Notes under the pieces: generated by a model | Database searches by the model: none | What the model was told of the DNA's origin: nothing | What the model saw: only the letters and a program-made list of their open reading frames with translations | Assembly: GCF_001194135.2 (NCBI RefSeq) | Contig: NC_068990.1 | Location: 89,099,925-89,163,924, forward strand | Origin: Octopus bimaculoides | Lineage: Eukaryota | DNA length: 64,000 nt | Direction: 5' to 3' | Part shown: positions 35,319 through 50,709 of the stretch, piece by piece | Layout of the letters: every line of letters begins with the position of its first letter | Position numbering within the stretch: position 1 is the stretch's first letter | Made by a program: the position numbers and the translations under genes

Positions 35319-38300
35319 TTTCTACAACATACATTTCCATCTCATTCACTACAGTCTGTATTATGCTACACATTACATCTTATATGATTATGCATTATGT
35401 GCTACTATGCTATGCTACAAATTAGACATAACACTATGCACAGCACTACACACTGTGTGGTATACTAAACACATCAGAATTTACAATACCCTGCATCATT
35501 TCTGCAAAAGGATCACATACTACATTTACAGCATTCATTGTACAGTAAGCACTAAATTACATTACACATCATACAACAAAGTACCCAGTACATTATACAT
35601 CACATTACATATAATGCACTTCTATGGTCACCACAGAATATCATACACTGTACGCTGTGCTAGACATTATACTACATACTCCCCATCAAGCGACATTTCA
35701 ATGACAGTTAGAGATACTTTGTAATTTTTGTTGCGTTTTTATATTAAATTCTTTCCATTTTCCTTTCTGTTAACTTTGCTCTGTAAGTAATAAGCTCATA
35801 TACATTTGCCTATATTGGTTACAAGTTTTAGGTTAAAAAATACCTAAGCGATAATTGATTCCTGATTGATTAACGAAGTAACTGAATCCAATCCAATAAG
35901 ATAACAGCTGATCAATCTATATTTTATTTTTTAATTTATCTTTTCTCATATTGTTTTAAATTAATTCATATGGTCATAAGTTTGAATATTGCTAATAACC
36001 ATAATGTTGTGTCCATGAGCAAAGTATATAACTAACCTCTATAATTCTGCTTGCTACATTTTGCCTGGCCGAGTAAGGAGTTACTCTCCTTACTTCACAG
36101 TTGAATTAGCAATTGAAAGGGACAGAATCCAGCTGTAAATGCAATAACTGCACCAAAAACCTACCCCTGCTACAAAGAAAAATCATCATTATTTTACCTC
36201 TGCTTTCCATGCTGACATAGCTAGGACATTATATCATGTGTGTGTGTCATGCACTTCTACGTATATTTAATAAACTGACAGGTACAAGCATAGGTGTATG
36301 GATGCAGAGTTCACTTTGTTACTATGTGATCTTGAGTTCTATCTCAGAATGTGATTTCTTGGGCCATCCAATGCCTTGTGAGTGAAATTGGCAAATGGAA
36401 GCTGTATGGAATCCAGTCTTCTATGTGTGTGTGTGTGTATGATTCATTCTGTATCTGCATATGAAAAGTGTTGCACAAAAAAAGTAGTGATGTTTGTGGA
36501 TATTCCCTGCTAACAACTCATCTCATGGCTCCACACTTTTGAAGATGAATAGAATACATCCATTGCTTGAGTACTTCTGGCTGCAAAACATTGCCTCAAA
36601 CTGTATTTGTCCCATCCATACTAGCATGGGAAAAAAATAAATGTGAAATGAATGAACAAATATATTATTTTCCAGCTAGCTGGTTTCATAGTTAGTCCCC
36701 TGGGTTGTTCACTGCAGTGAATTTGATAGATAAAAACTGAAAGAAGCTTGTGTGCATGTGGGTTTGTTTACATGTGTAATCACTCAGCTATTGGCAGTGA
36801 GGTTACTGTCAAATTCTCCTCTCACTGTATCATCCACTTATTTTGCATCTTTGAAGACATGTGGAAGAAGACACCCTTTGCTATACTCCTTGCTTGAAAA
36901 ACAGGTAAAGGCTAGCAACGGGAAGGGCATCTGGTTGAAAACCTGCATTTATAATATATTCGTCCACTCCATTCTAGCATTGAAAAATGCGCATAAAAGT
37001 GAATATGCCGCAGCTATTTGTGCTGTACTTGCAAATAAGGAATGTAACTCTGCTTGCTCCAGAACAAAAGACCAAATAAACATAACACACTCAACTTGCT
37101 GAAGTATTGAGTAGTTTATTTTATATCTATAACCCTTGTTTTTTATGAACAAACACAGAGGTTGTGTAACGTCCACTTTCCATGCTGACATAGGTTAGAC
37201 AGCTTGACTGTAACTGGTAAGCTGCATAGGTTCCAGTCTGAATTTGGCTTGGTTTCTACTGCTGAATGCCCTTCCTAATGTCAACCACTCTGAGAGTGTA
37301 GTGGGTGCCTTATACATGTCATTGGCACAGGCCACACCTATGATTTCACTTGGCTTGACAAGTCTTCTCAAGCACAGCAAATTGCCAAAGGTCACAATCA
37401 CTCATATTTATAGTGAAATGCATTACCTTTATTTCAATTAATTTTGAAAACAAATGAAGTATGTAGTGAAATACCTTTGTCATTATGAAGGTGGTACTTG
37501 GAACATAATATAAAATTGCACTGCAAATGCCACGTTAGTAGGATATTGAACTTTGAACCGGGATCTTAAACTGTGTCCATAGCTAGAAATTGCTGATAAT
37601 TTACTGATGCTCTTTACTGAGCTTAGATTAGACACCATAATGGTGATAATGATTTCTAAGAGAGGGAAAAGGTGGCATAATCTGAGAGTGAGTACAGATA
37701 AATAAACTGATACTTATCTTATTGACCCTAGAAGGATTTGAACTCATTCCTCATCCACCACTTGCATAACAGTAATTATTTCTTGGTAATTGGCCTTGTG
37801 TCAGCACTTGATTTATTGATACCTGAGGAATGGGGGAATAGAGTGGACCCCTGTAATATTTGAATCCAAACAGGAAAATCTTATTAAATCCTACAAGGCA
37901 TTTCCCCCCTTTCTTAATAATTCTTTCTAATTTTGGTACCAGGCCAGTATTTTTTAGGAGAAGGAGCAAGTTGATTATTTTGATCCCTATACTTGACTGG
38001 TGGTTTATTTTATTTACGCTGAAAGGATGAAAGGCAAAATTGACATTGATGAGATTTGAACTCAGAACAAAAAAAGTCATTTGAAATGCTGCTATACATT
38101 TCGTTTGATGCACCAACGATTCTGCCAGCCTTCGTCTCTTTCATAATAATAATTGTTTCTTAAATAAATACAAGACCAGAAATTTGTGTGGACATGGGGA
38201 CAATTGATTATACCAGCCCATTGCGTACTTAATACCTTTTTTTTTTATTGATCTCAGAAGGATGAAAAGCAAATTTGAACTCAGAACATAAGAGACATAC

Positions 38301-38541
38301 AAAATGCTGCAAGATATTTTATCCACAATGCTCTAATGGCTCTGTCAGTCCACCAACTTATTTCATTTGTAATCAAAGTACAAGGCCACAGCTGGAAGAT
38401 TATATCAGTCCAATACTTCATTGTTAAATTATCCTTGGTAGATGCAGTAAATTACTGGTACTTTATCATCTCTGATGCATTATGCACTGTGCTTTACTGA
38501 TTCAGTTATAATTCATTCTTTCAAGGGATAAATATTATTAA

Positions 38542-38746
38542 CCTTTTTCCTTTACTATATTTTTGTTCCACTTATATTTTTTAAAATAATGAATTAAGTA
38601 AAATAAAATAACTTTGTCATTATTAAGTTGGTGTTTAGAATATAAACATGAAATTTCGATGTAAGGTTTTAATTTAGCTCACTTCAAAACAGGAAGTTTG
38701 TTTCATAGAACAAAGGTCAATCTCAGGGAAGTTAGTTTCAAAACGG
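38542..38746. mobile_element. piggyBac-type MITE
   Basis: TTAA at 38538-38541 and 38747-38750, with CC...GG termini. A partial related copy lies near 37420-37570. Confidence 0.5.
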
Positions 38747-41389
38747 TTAAAGTGGCAGAAGTAGTAGAGTGACAGGCTGTCTTGTGGTGTTTTAATTACA
38801 TTCCTTTACTGTCCGAGTTCAAATCCTGTCAAGGTCAATTTTGCTTTGCATCCTTCTGGAGATCAATAAAACCAATAATGAACTAAGGTGATTTGACTGA
38901 CCACCTCATCTCATGTTGCCTTTTACTTAATATTGTGGTCACACCATCCAATCCATGCCAGCATGGACAACAGATATTAAATGATGATAGGCCAATAGTT
39001 TGAAATATTTACTCACAAGTTGAGCTCCTACCTTGCTTCCAAACCATTTTCCATCCTTTTGGGACTGATAAAATAAAATAGCAGCAAAATACTGTGGTTT
39101 AATATAATCAACAATAACCCCCCACAAAATGTGTTGTTCCTGTGTGACTTATATCAGAAATTATTTTTATTATCATCACTACAAGGATGGTTGGTTGGCA
39201 GATTTAGGAGATCATCAGATATGATGTCTTATGTTCTGAGTTCAATTCCTGCCATGGTCAACTTTGCCTTTCATCCTTTTGAGGTTGATAATATAAAGTA
39301 TCAATTAAGTATGGGGACCATTTGATGTTAACAGACATGCTGGCCTTATGCTTAAATGAGAAACAAATGTTATTATCATCACTATCAGGATGGTGGATCA
39401 GCAGAATCATTAGAGCGCTGGAGAAAACACCTTGCAGTATTTGTTCATCCTTTGTATGTTCCGAGTTCAAATCCTGCTGAGGTCAACTTTGCCTTTCATC
39501 CTTCTGGGGTCATCAAAGTAAGTATTAGTCAAGAACTAGGGATGTATTTAATTAACAGCCACTTGCTTTCAAAATTGCTGTCCATGTATCTGAATTAGAA
39601 ATTATTTTTATTCTAACAATCTCTTTTGCTTCTCTTATATCCTTATGTATCATTTTGGAAATCTCCAGGGTTGTTTTGGCAATATGTGAGACTACATACA
39701 TTCGAGAAGTTGGTTTGGTGGCTAAACTCATTTTGCTTCAATACTAAAATATCACTTTTTAACATTGAAACAGGACCACAGATGTGTGGGAGGGTGAGAT
39801 GTAGTGGATTAAATCAACCCCAGTACTTGACTAACACTTTATTTTATCAATTCTGTGAATGAAATACAAAGTTAACCTCTGTGGGATTTGATGTCGGAAT
39901 GTAAAGGGGCTTTTAAACAGTGCAAGGTCTGGTGCTCTTATGATTCTGTCAATCTACTACATTAACATAAGCTAAGATATCAATTTGGTTCTTCATTTTT
40001 CAGTATGCCAGACTAAATATCTGCAATATATTATGGTCAATTCAACTGTTTACGAAAAAAAACAAAACAAACTATTGTCTGAAAAAAATTAACAAAAATA
40101 TAATAAATGCAAATAACCAAGGTTTTGATACAAATGATCACTTCTCTTGTCAACAAAATTAACAAAATAACGACATTTTAAATAAACAGAAATATAAAAG
40201 AAAAAAAGACGCATTGATATTGAGTGAAAATCAGTTTTGTAATAAAGAAAAAAATAAAGAAGCTAAGTTCTTTTTGTTTTGTCTTTTTAAAATTATCCTG
40301 GATTTCAAAATCAAAATAAAATTTTAAGGTAAATAGATATAAACCACTGAGTGAACTTGTTCAATGTAGCAGGTAAGTCTTTAAAAAAAAGAATCTCCTG
40401 TCCTTCAAATGGGAACCAATTGCTTTTTGAAGCAGTACATTCAAATTCTTGAAATAGTATATCCCAACTTTTAGGATAGGATCTCCAAAGAAAAGTTGTG
40501 ATAGACCTGGTTAAAAAGTCAATTGAAAGGTCTTATCAGAATCTGATGCCAGTTATCTTTCACACTATCTGGAACCACTTCACTTAACACCCATCTTTTA
40601 TTCTTAATATTGTCATCTTCATATTTTACATCGATCATCTTTTTCTACTACCACCCAATTATCTCTTCCTCATCATTACCATACATTTCTCACTCTCCCT
40701 ATACACCACATCTGTCTCCCACTACACTCTTGCAAGGTGTACCCACCACCCTCTCTATTGTAACCCCACTCAGTTAATTTTGTGAGCAGCATGGTGACTT
40801 CTGGTGTTACGAAAAAGCGCCCAGTAGACTGTGCAAAGTGTTAGGCATTAAAAAAGGGACATCCAGTCATAGAAGCCATGCCAAAACATTAGAGATCAAT
40901 GCACTCCTTGGACTTGTTGGATTCTGTCAGACCATCCAATCTATGCCAGCTTGCAACATGGATGTTAAAAGATGTTGAAAACGATAATGCATGCATTACA
41001 TGAGTACATATACACCCCCACCTAAATATATATAAAGATAAATTAAATATACAGATATACTATTGACAATCCAATAATTTATTTAAATTACAATATTACA
41101 TTAAACACTGAATATAATATAACATAATATTATATAACATAAATAATTATAAAAACCATAAAAAGGCCAACAAATTGTTTCGACTTATATATATTTTTTC
41201 TGATATACATAGTCACAGTTCTATTATATATAAAGTCACTTCAGGGTCAAAGTTTAGAAAAAGATAAAATTCTATGTGAAAGGATGGCTGGTATCCAACG
41301 GACGTACCAGTGAATTGGATGTTTAACACACCCATTTGAAGGATTTGTTTTCTTCAGTTTGTTACTTCATATATATATATATATATATA

Positions 41390-41700
41390 TATAAGCTGCA
41401 TTCAAAACTAATACCATGTGGGAAAAATCTCTTGGGTATGTGGTGATTCCACCCTTCATGTGCCTGCGTGAAAATTTTAGTTCCCAGCTGTTATGCCTGG
41501 AGTATAGCTGTGTAGTGCGTGCTTGTCAGATTTTTGCTTTCACCAAACACTTCAAGCAGAGATATTGCATCAAGTTTTACCAACAGCAGGGTGATACTCA
41601 AGCTCGAATGCTCCAGAAGATACAGCAGGCCTTTGGCAATGATGCCATGGGCAAAACTCAGATCAAGGAGTGGTACAACTGCTTCAAACATGGAATCAAA
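41390..41700 (+). mobile_element. mariner transposase 5' fragment (HTH)
   Basis: QRYCIKFYQQQGDTQARMLQKIQQAFGNDAMGKTQIKEWYNCFKHG. Confidence 0.75.
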
Positions 41701-41719
41701 ATGCCGACATCATGACTGC

Positions 41720-42980
41720 TGCTCAATGCTCTATGAACACTGTAAAGGCTGTAAGACATGACATGGACAGTTTCAACAGAAACTACAAAGCTGTGGCCAG
41801 CAGTTGGTGACAAAGAACACAGCTGGTGTTCTGACTGCGTCCAAACACTGGAGTTTGTCCAGCAACTGCAGGACAGATGACAGATCCGAGCAAGGGAATC
41901 CAGGCTTTGGGAAGAGAGATGGCGTTGGAGTCACCACTATGAAACTGACCTTGTATGTGAATTTTCATTACCACTTGTACTAAAGGCACAAGGGACAAAT
42001 TCTGAAAGTCATGGTCAAGGAGATCCACTTGATAAAAGCAAAGAAACTCCTGGACAAAATGAAGCATCCTGTTGAGCTGGGGATGATCTAGTTCTCAGAT
42101 GAAAAGAACTGCCAGGACCAGTTGTACAATACCCAGAACAACAGGTGGCTTGCCAAAAATTCACGTAATGTCTCACCATGTTCCCCCAAACTGTGATAGT
42201 CTTTGGGTGCATCTCCAGTGAGGGTGATGTCATACTGCCCCACATATTTGAACAGGGCCTTAGGTTTACATCAGATGGCTAAGGCTGCTAGAGACTGTAG
42301 TCAAACCCTGGCTGGAGAGTGTTGCTTCTGGAAGGCTACGTATGTGGATTCAGCAGGAGTGGCTGTGTGGTAAGTAGCTTGCTCACCAACCACATGGTTC
42401 CGGGTTCAGTCCAACTGCATAGCACTTTGGGAAAAATGTCTTCTACTATAGCCTCAGACTGACTAAAGCTTTGTGGGTGGGTTTGGTGGACGGAAACTGA
42501 AAGAAGCCCATCATATATGCTCCAGCATGGCCACAGTCAAATGACTGAAACAAGTAAAAGAATAAAAGAAATACCTTTAGAAAAAGTCAGAAGTAGTTGT
42601 CAGAATTTCTATGACTTCATCAGACCCAATTTCTGGCCTCTTAATTCCCTTCACTTTAATCCCATGGATTACTCTATGTGGGGTATGGTTAAGAAAGACA
42701 CCAACCGCTCTGCCTGCAACATTAAGGCTGAGCTGGTGGTCAAAATCAAGGAAGCATTTGAAGATCTTCCCAGGGACACAATGAAGAATGCATGTTCCAG
42801 GTTCCAGAGCCATCTTGAGGCTGAAGTGGAAGCTGAAAGTTACTACTTTGAGGAAAGTGTTATTTCACAGCCATAATCTAGTTGATATTTTTAGATTTAA
42901 AAAAAAAAACTTTTATTTTTGGATGGGATATTATTTTCTTTCCTTTTATGTAAATTGTCAAATTTAGCCCAAACAACCTG
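41720..42980 (+). mobile_element. Degenerate maT/DD37D-like Tc1/mariner transposase with a nested SINE
   Basis: FSDEK-like, VVKPWLESVASGR..WIQQ and NFW.LNS..FNPMDYSMWG...NACSRFQSHLEA motifs. TIR-like end at ~42955-42980. Confidence 0.75.
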
Positions 42981-42984
42981 TGTA

Positions 42985-45075
42985 TATAAGCATACAATAT
43001 GAAGGAGGTGATGTACAGGTTTGCCAATTCTGCCCACCCTTTCAAGGATGGCTTTTTCTCGACCCACATATTCCTGGGTGAGACTGGCCATCTTTTTTGT
43101 AACCATGTCCCAGTTTCTATCCACCAGGCAGTCAGGGCTAAATTAGATCCCGTGTAACATCATGCACCTGTTGGTCACCACTTCATTTTTTTTTAAAGTA
43201 GTACTGACCAGTTTGACTAGCATGGTGCCTATAAATATAGTGACATCATCTGTGCTGACATAGCTCTTCCAGGTCCCGTTTCAAACAGGATGTCCTTTAA
43301 CACTAGCAGTTTCCACAGAAGTGGCTCAAGAGTCAGTAAATAAAGAAGAGATGAGAGGAGACATCTAGCATTTGATTTGAAACCATTTCAATACTTCTGT
43401 ACATTGACATAATCCAGTCCTTGAAAACAGAACTGAAACTGGTTTTAATGTGGACAACCACCAAGTAGCAATAGTTGAGCATATTGAAAGCTTTTCATTG
43501 TTTTAAAAGGATAGAGCCCAACCAAAGCTAGGTTAACCACTTTCTTTGAGATCTATCCTATCAGATGGAGACTTTTGTGGACAGATCTGCCTAAGATTGC
43601 ATAGACCAGTGCTTTTCTGATCACACGGCTGACATTAACACCAACTTCTTTACACATGCCTTTGCTAAAATTTTAAACTCCGTACCCAGTAGAGTTGTAG
43701 GCAGAAAAATTATACATAATGTCTCCTTTGTTCACATCTTTCCGTAGCAGTATTCTCTGGCTCACAGATGTAATTGTACAATAAGTAAAAGATGTAAGTC
43801 CAACATGTATATGTAATGCTCAAGGAGCAGATCATATAAACCAGAAAATTGGCCCTTTGCACAAACGCAACTAACCATATCCCAGCTGCTTTATCAGCTT
43901 TTTGGGGTCTTCTGCTGAGAGCCACAGCAGGCTATCAAAGAAGGCACTAAAATCCAGTAAAGTTTTTCATCCATTGCTTTCCCAATACAGTTGAGTAGAG
44001 TGCCACTGGTAAGTTAAACACATCTGTACAATATCAAGTAGCATGCACCTGTATTGCTCTAACAAAAACTAAATTGTTGTAAAATCAGGCATCTATCGAC
44101 CACTCGTCAAACAGCTTTCATTCCTTCATGTTTAAGAGTATGCACCCTAGCTCTGACAATACAAGTTTTGTTGTTCAGTGAAGAAACAGGGTAGAGCCAT
44201 TTTCATTTTGGTTGTGATGTCTTTCTTAATAAGCACTTAAAAGTTGCTGACTAGCTTTCTTCTAATTTTTTTCTTTTTTTTTTTTACTCTATTATTACTT
44301 CTTCATTAAATCTGATTCTACTCTAATTACACTCTCTAGAGCATCTCACCACTGATTGGTTATGATTGCTCCCATCAACTGCTGCTTAACTAATTCATTA
44401 ATCCAGGTATAGGCTTTGTGCACCAGGAACATGTTCAACATCTAGGAGTTGGGTTTCTTTCTATGTATCCTATCTAGGTTAACCATGCAGATTACAAATT
44501 TATGATCTGCTTGAAATTGTTGATGCCCTACACTGTCTCTATTCACTAATCTAACAAATATTCTATCTAGATATAATATGGAGGACTCAAGTTGATTCAC
44601 ATCTACAACGGTGAATTTGTGAAACCAAGCCAACATCTGTCAGGCAGAATTATCTGAGAAAGTTGGCTAAGCATTTTACCACTCCTATTCAACATCTGTA
44701 CTCACTCTTATCAGGCATCTAAAAAGCCAGTCCTTCATTAGTACTAAAGAACAGAACATTCACAAGAACACTTCTACATGCCTGAAGATATCTGGTCACC
44801 CTATCCCAGTTGATGAGACACAGTTACCACCTGCACCGTTTGTATTCAGTACTGCCAACTTAGTATCAAGGTCCAGCTAGATCATTTATATCTTGACATC
44901 CAAACTTTTCTGAAACATGACAACCCAACAACTTGATCCAGGAAAAATAACATGATGCGTGCATATTGTAGTTGTTGAATACCAGCATAAGCGTATGCAT
45001 CCTGAAAATCTTGGTTTTGTAACCTTTCTTCCAAGTAAACTCCAGTCGAAATACATTTATACAATATGTGTTGGT
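42985..45075 (-). mobile_element. Decayed L1/Tx1-clade LINE ORF2 (APE endonuclease plus RT)
   Basis: CINV start, YLDRIFV...DHKFV, GC.LS.LLYLLTLEPLL, TDDVTI (YADD-like) and SLKG.AELAN.YI motifs. Confidence 0.75.
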
Positions 45076-45699
45076 CAGAGAAAAGAAATAAGAGGTCACT
45101 TACTTTGGTTTTAAAAAAAGATGGTTAGCCTGGTCTTCTCAATGTAAGGAGGGGGAGAATTTCTTGAAAAGCATTTTCAAAAGACTTTTATACCCTTTTC
45201 ACTGAAAATTCCAACAATACTTAGGAATTTTCTTATTAGAGACAAGTGGACTGCTTTTGATATCCTCAACAGAAATCTGTTTGGTAGTGTCCTGGGGACG
45301 AGTTTTTCAAAGGCATTCCATCGGTTCCTATTTCTATTTGCAACAGTGAAATCAACAAGTCTCTTCGTTTCCTTTTGTGGAATAGTTGCCGAGATTTTTA
45401 AAATATTTAGTGGAGTAGGGCAAGACTGGTCATTGGCATAGTTAATAAAGGTATCAGATCCAACAACTGGTTTAGCAGCATCATTTAGCTGCTACAAGGA
45501 GATGCTTTAGGGAGAAACACCAAATTTTTGGACCCGGTATTAATGTTATGGAAAGATTTATAGCACAATAAATTACAAAGAAACTTAGTATTGGGGAGAT
45601 GCAGTTTGGCTTTGAGCCAGGAAGAGATACTACCAATGTCATCTTTCTAGTAAGGCAACTCCCAGAAGTACTCATGGTAAAACCTTATACCTAACATTT

Positions 45700-46560
45700 G
45701 TTGAGCTGGATAAGACCTTTGACAGAGCTCCACACAGTAATTTGGAGGCTATTAAGGTAATTAGCAGTAGATGAATAGCTTATGAAGCTGTACAAGCCAT
45801 CGACAGAGTGCATTCAGCATCCGTTTAACATGCTGGCAAAGGTCTGTTAGGGCACAGTCCCCAATACCTTCTGGTTTTCCAATAGTCCAGTAAACCATAA
45901 GAGAAATTTAAGACTTGCTATCTGTGGGAACTCAGTATGCAGATGACTTAATTCTTCTAGCAGAATTCTTCTAGAAGATTCAGAGATGAAATTCCAGAAG
46001 AGGAAGCAAAATCTAGAATTAAGAGGCCTTGAAATTAACTTAACAAAGACTTGAGTCTTAGTAAATAGAAAGAAGATAGGACTGTGATACCATCAAGGAC
46101 ATGATTGTGCTTGATATAGAGACAAGAAGTGTAGTGGGGTCATAGGAAGGACGATAGAGAAGGTAGTCTTTGAATGTGACAGGGGAGCAGGAATAGTTAG
46201 GAGTAAGAATAAACACTGAACTCTGCCCAATGTTTTCCTAGAAAAAGTTGGTGACTTAATTAGTAGCAGAGATGTGTGTACTGAAAGCAAAGTAAGAATG
46301 GAATGGACAAGATTCAGAGAGTTCGAACCTCGGGTAGCAACAATTTTTTTTTTCTTTCTTAGTGTGAAGGGTAGATTGCATAATGCTAGTGTGATGCTGC
46401 ATGGTAACAAAACATGCTTTGAATGAAAAGGATTTATGAAGACTAGACAGAAATGAAGTGAGCTGAACGTGTAATGCCAGTCTGCGTGAACAATGGAGTA
46501 CATAAGTTGATGGGAAAACTAAATATAAGATGCACCGGATGTAGTGTTCAAGAGGAAAGA
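45700..46560 (+). mobile_element. Decayed RTE-clade LINE RT fragment
   Basis: FVELDKTFDRAPH, YADDLILLAE, GLEINLTKT and VKGRL...LHG motifs. Confidence 0.8.
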
Positions 46561-49168
46561 CTCAATGAGCTTTGCTGCCTTATCAAATCTTCCAGTTTTT
46601 GGCCAGGAACAACCATTTTTTGTTTCTATTCTTTCCCTCTTCACATTGATTCTGTAACAGTGTCACATGACAAAGAAGTTTTAGGATGGGGTGTGTGTGT
46701 GGTTAAAGGTAAAGTATTTGTAAATGTGTGCGTGTTTGTATGTTAATAGTGAGAGTGGAAGGCCATTGCTTGGAGACTGCTTTTCTTTTGTTTGTGGAAG
46801 CAGGTTATGAGTTTTTTCAGACTGATTTGGATTAGGAGCCCCATTCCTATACCAGGCCAGTTTTCATGGCACAACCAATTTACCTCCAGGATAGTCATCT
46901 TTTCCTTCTCATCGGTCATAATAACTGCTGCCAACCATCTTAGGTTTATTTTTGGTGGCACATCCCTCATCTTTACTTCTCACAAGTCCATAAATGACAA
47001 ATGAGGAAGAACCCAATCTACACTGATTGTATAGTAAACAATAATGGCAATAGTGGTGATTTGTTTCTACTACTGGAAGGTGGGGTTAATCAAACTGCTC
47101 CCAGTACTTGACTGGTTCTTTATTTCACCCACCCCAGAGAGATGAAAGGCAAAATTGACCTAGGTGGGATCTGAATTTAGAACTTAGACATCAGGCCAAG
47201 CTGTAGCTGCTTCTAGTTTATGCCATGTCTATTTTGTTGACACTACATTGAGAAATAATGAGTTGGTCGAACTGAAATATGAAGTGAGAATGTAAAGCAC
47301 TGTGATTGAACACTAAATGACAGTTGCTCAACCAAATTCTGCCAAATGAGAATAACTGTTAAAATTGGATCAAGACCACACACATTTGAAGAAGGGATGT
47401 AGATGATTGAATCAACTATCAGTATATTACTGGTACTTATTTTATTGACATGGGAAGAATGAAAGGCAAAATCAATGACTGAGATTAAAACTTAGAACAG
47501 AAAGAGACGAAACAAATATTGCAAGCTTTTTCTGCCACTCAAATGTAATAACAGTAAAAATTGTCCACAAATCTGGTTGAAATTTCTTCATTAAGATAAT
47601 CTGGTAGTAGATATGAAAACAAAACAAAAAAAAAAAAGATATATAACCATCAAATAAAATGGAATCTTTAATGACTTAAGAAACATAAAAATTGAGGAAT
47701 ATAAGCAAAGTTTCAAGAGAATTTTACCAAGAAGAGAGAGGCAAATATCTATTGGTAATAAATATATAAATAAAACAAAATAAAAATACAAGTAATATTT
47801 TTCTCTTTTCAAGGTTTACCAAGAAAGAATGTGATAAACCAGGCTTGTTTTACTCCGATAACAGAAAGAACATTAGAAAAAAAAGATAGCTCTCAACAAG
47901 TATTTGACATCTTTGTTATGTTCTCATACAAATATAGTGTGTGTGTGTGTGTGTGTGTGTGTGCATGTGCACACGTGTGCGTTAGTGTGCATGTATTTGC
48001 TGGCATACAAATACAGTGTTTGTTTATGAGTGTGATGTGTACATGTGTGCTTGCAAAGAATATGAATATGTTGGAACATGTTTGAGCAATTGTCTCAAAA
48101 TCTAGAGTCAACATTTCAGCTAACAGATTTCAAAAATCAAATCTCACATACACACATTTACTATAGAGGGAAACCACTGAAATAAATAACTCACTCTATA
48201 TAAAAATATTAACAGCTGGTAAAGTAATACAGGTACTAATTAGTAGTTTGTATTTTTATAATATATTCAGGTTGAAATTGCCTAGGAAAATTAATTATAA
48301 ACCTAATTAGAATTGTAATAGACTAGACAATTTGACCCATTAATATTGAAATCATCCAAATCCAATGATCATAAAGACAGTGCTATTTGTTTAAACTGGC
48401 CAACCAGGCCTTGTTGACATACACTCAATAGCAGGAAAACCTTCATCAAATCACACAGAAGGTCACGTTTTTTTCTTAGTTGCAGCATTCCATCACTTTC
48501 CCATCATAGATATATCCACATATCTAAAATCATCATTAATGTCATGAATATTAAAGGATTGAATGAAGCTTATTTGTTGATTTATTATAAGAATATTGTC
48601 TATATAGTTTTCATATATATATATATATATGAATTAATATATACTAATGTGTATATATATATATATATATATGTTAGATTTGTCTGTCTACCAGCCAGCT
48701 TTAGAATAACAATAAATTCATCTGTGATTTTAATCAATACAAAACATGCCAGTTATTTACAAGACCTACATAAATATCTTACTTTGTCATCTATCAAAAA
48801 ATATACACGGCTTCTAAATATATTGTCTATCTTTACTTCTAGTTATTTTAAGGCAGACATGGAAAATGGTTACAGAAAATAGACTAAATGACAATAAAAA
48901 AGTTGACTGTTGTTCTGATGTAAATTTTGACTTGATAAATGGTAGTTGAGAACTAGACAATACGAGTATGAAAAATAACCTTTCTAGAACATTACAGTAT
49001 TTCAACTAACTTGTTCTACTGATGAGCCAGGTAATGAAAGCCAAGAAGCAGGCATTAGAGGGCAGGCAGTTTTATATGCTGATATAAAATATTGTTGTAA
49101 AGTCGATGTCAATGAAATGTCAATGAAATTGTAAAGAGTAACAAAGGGAGAGATGACAGGGACATATA

Positions 49169-49238
<70 letters not shown>

Positions 49239-50528
49239 AGATTACATATGTGTATGTATATATATATATATATATATATACATACACACACATATATATG
49301 ATAAATTATCAGTGTGTGCATGTGTGTATACATATATATACACACACACACACACACATATATATATACACACATATATATATATATATATATATAAGAT
49401 ACATATGAGAGAGAGAGAGAGAGAGAGAGATACAAAGCTAATGTAAAATAATGAATGGAAGTTATTCTCATTTTCTCTGGTTACCAGTATCAATATTGCC
49501 AGATAAAAACAAACTCAATACTACAGATGTTCAGTTTTAATATCAGCTTCAGACTTCGGTTTTCACTTTTTTATTTCGAAATCTGTTTCTGTGGGTACAA
49601 ATGTAAGTATCACAGCAAAATAAGATGGCATGCAATCAACTAACACCCTCAAAGCTGCCATTCCTATGCAGAAAATGTCTCAATTAGTTTCAATGAGTTA
49701 GGCTTTCTTTCTTTACAACAACTAAATATTTTGTGTGATACTTGAATGTAGAGGAGAAAAACATTGTGTCAGCTGTCTTTAGAATATAAGACTTTCTTAC
49801 ACATCATGGCGAACATTCATGCAGTTCACAAACCACACATGCACATCCACACATCCATGCATATACACACGCACACAAGCATGCACACACATAGGAAGAA
49901 GGTAAAAATAAACAAACTATTCGTATCCATATGCAGACAGACATCACAAATTAGGTTTAATCCATGCCTTACTTCACATGACATAAGATATGGGAGAGAG
50001 ATAGAGAAGAGAAGAGAGAGAGAGAGAAAGGGAGTCCCGTGACCACAGTTTTTTTAAAAAAAAAAACAACAATGTAAAACAAAAACAAAAAAAAAAAAGA
50101 AACAGTTAAGTGGTCAAGCTAAGAAGCAGGAGTAGAACAAACGTGCAGTGTTACTACAGTAAGTAATAGCCTGCTAGTTCTGCAGAGTGTTTGCTTGGTC
50201 AGTTATCACCTGATGTCTACAAAACCACAAGTCCAGCCTTAAACACTACAGTTATGTTATTAACCATAGAGAGGCATATCACAGTACTAACGATTCCATA
50301 ATTTAGTTGTTTCCAACAACAGTCTTCAGAAAAAAAAAAAAAATTAAAAAAAAAAAAGATACAATATCAGAATCATAACAAATTTTCTTTTCTTTACTTT
50401 AGCCATTCTTAAGACCTGTTTGTTTGTTTGTCTTTGTTTTTGTTGAAAGTAATGTAATCATGACTTTTCTGTCAACACTGACCTAAGCCAACAGCTGCTC
50501 CCCCATCTGTCTCCAAGGCAATAGCAGA

Positions 50529-50709
50529 TCACAACAAAGGTTGTGGAGGAGGTACTTGTTGATAAGACATTCCTCCACCTCCAGTCGATGGTGGTGGTCC
50601 GTAATTGGCATCCATTGGGGGTAAGGACATACTGTTCATTGACTGGGGATTAAACTGTGCTGAAGTTGGTCCGTAGGTTGCCATACTGCTCTGAGCAGGA
50701 GCTGTTACT
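50529..50709 (-). CDS. STAM: STAM terminal exon (VTAPAQSS...[10 protein letters not shown])
   Basis: ttatcAG acceptor, TGA stop. The C-terminal QPLL resembles the STAM2 ending. Confidence 0.9.

Noticed and set aside
49015-49045. CTGATGAGCC...GAAA motif (also CTGACGA at ~53610 and CTGATGA at ~23225 on minus)
   Set aside because: No pairing stem II before GAAA and no stem I or III. Consistent with chance heptamers.
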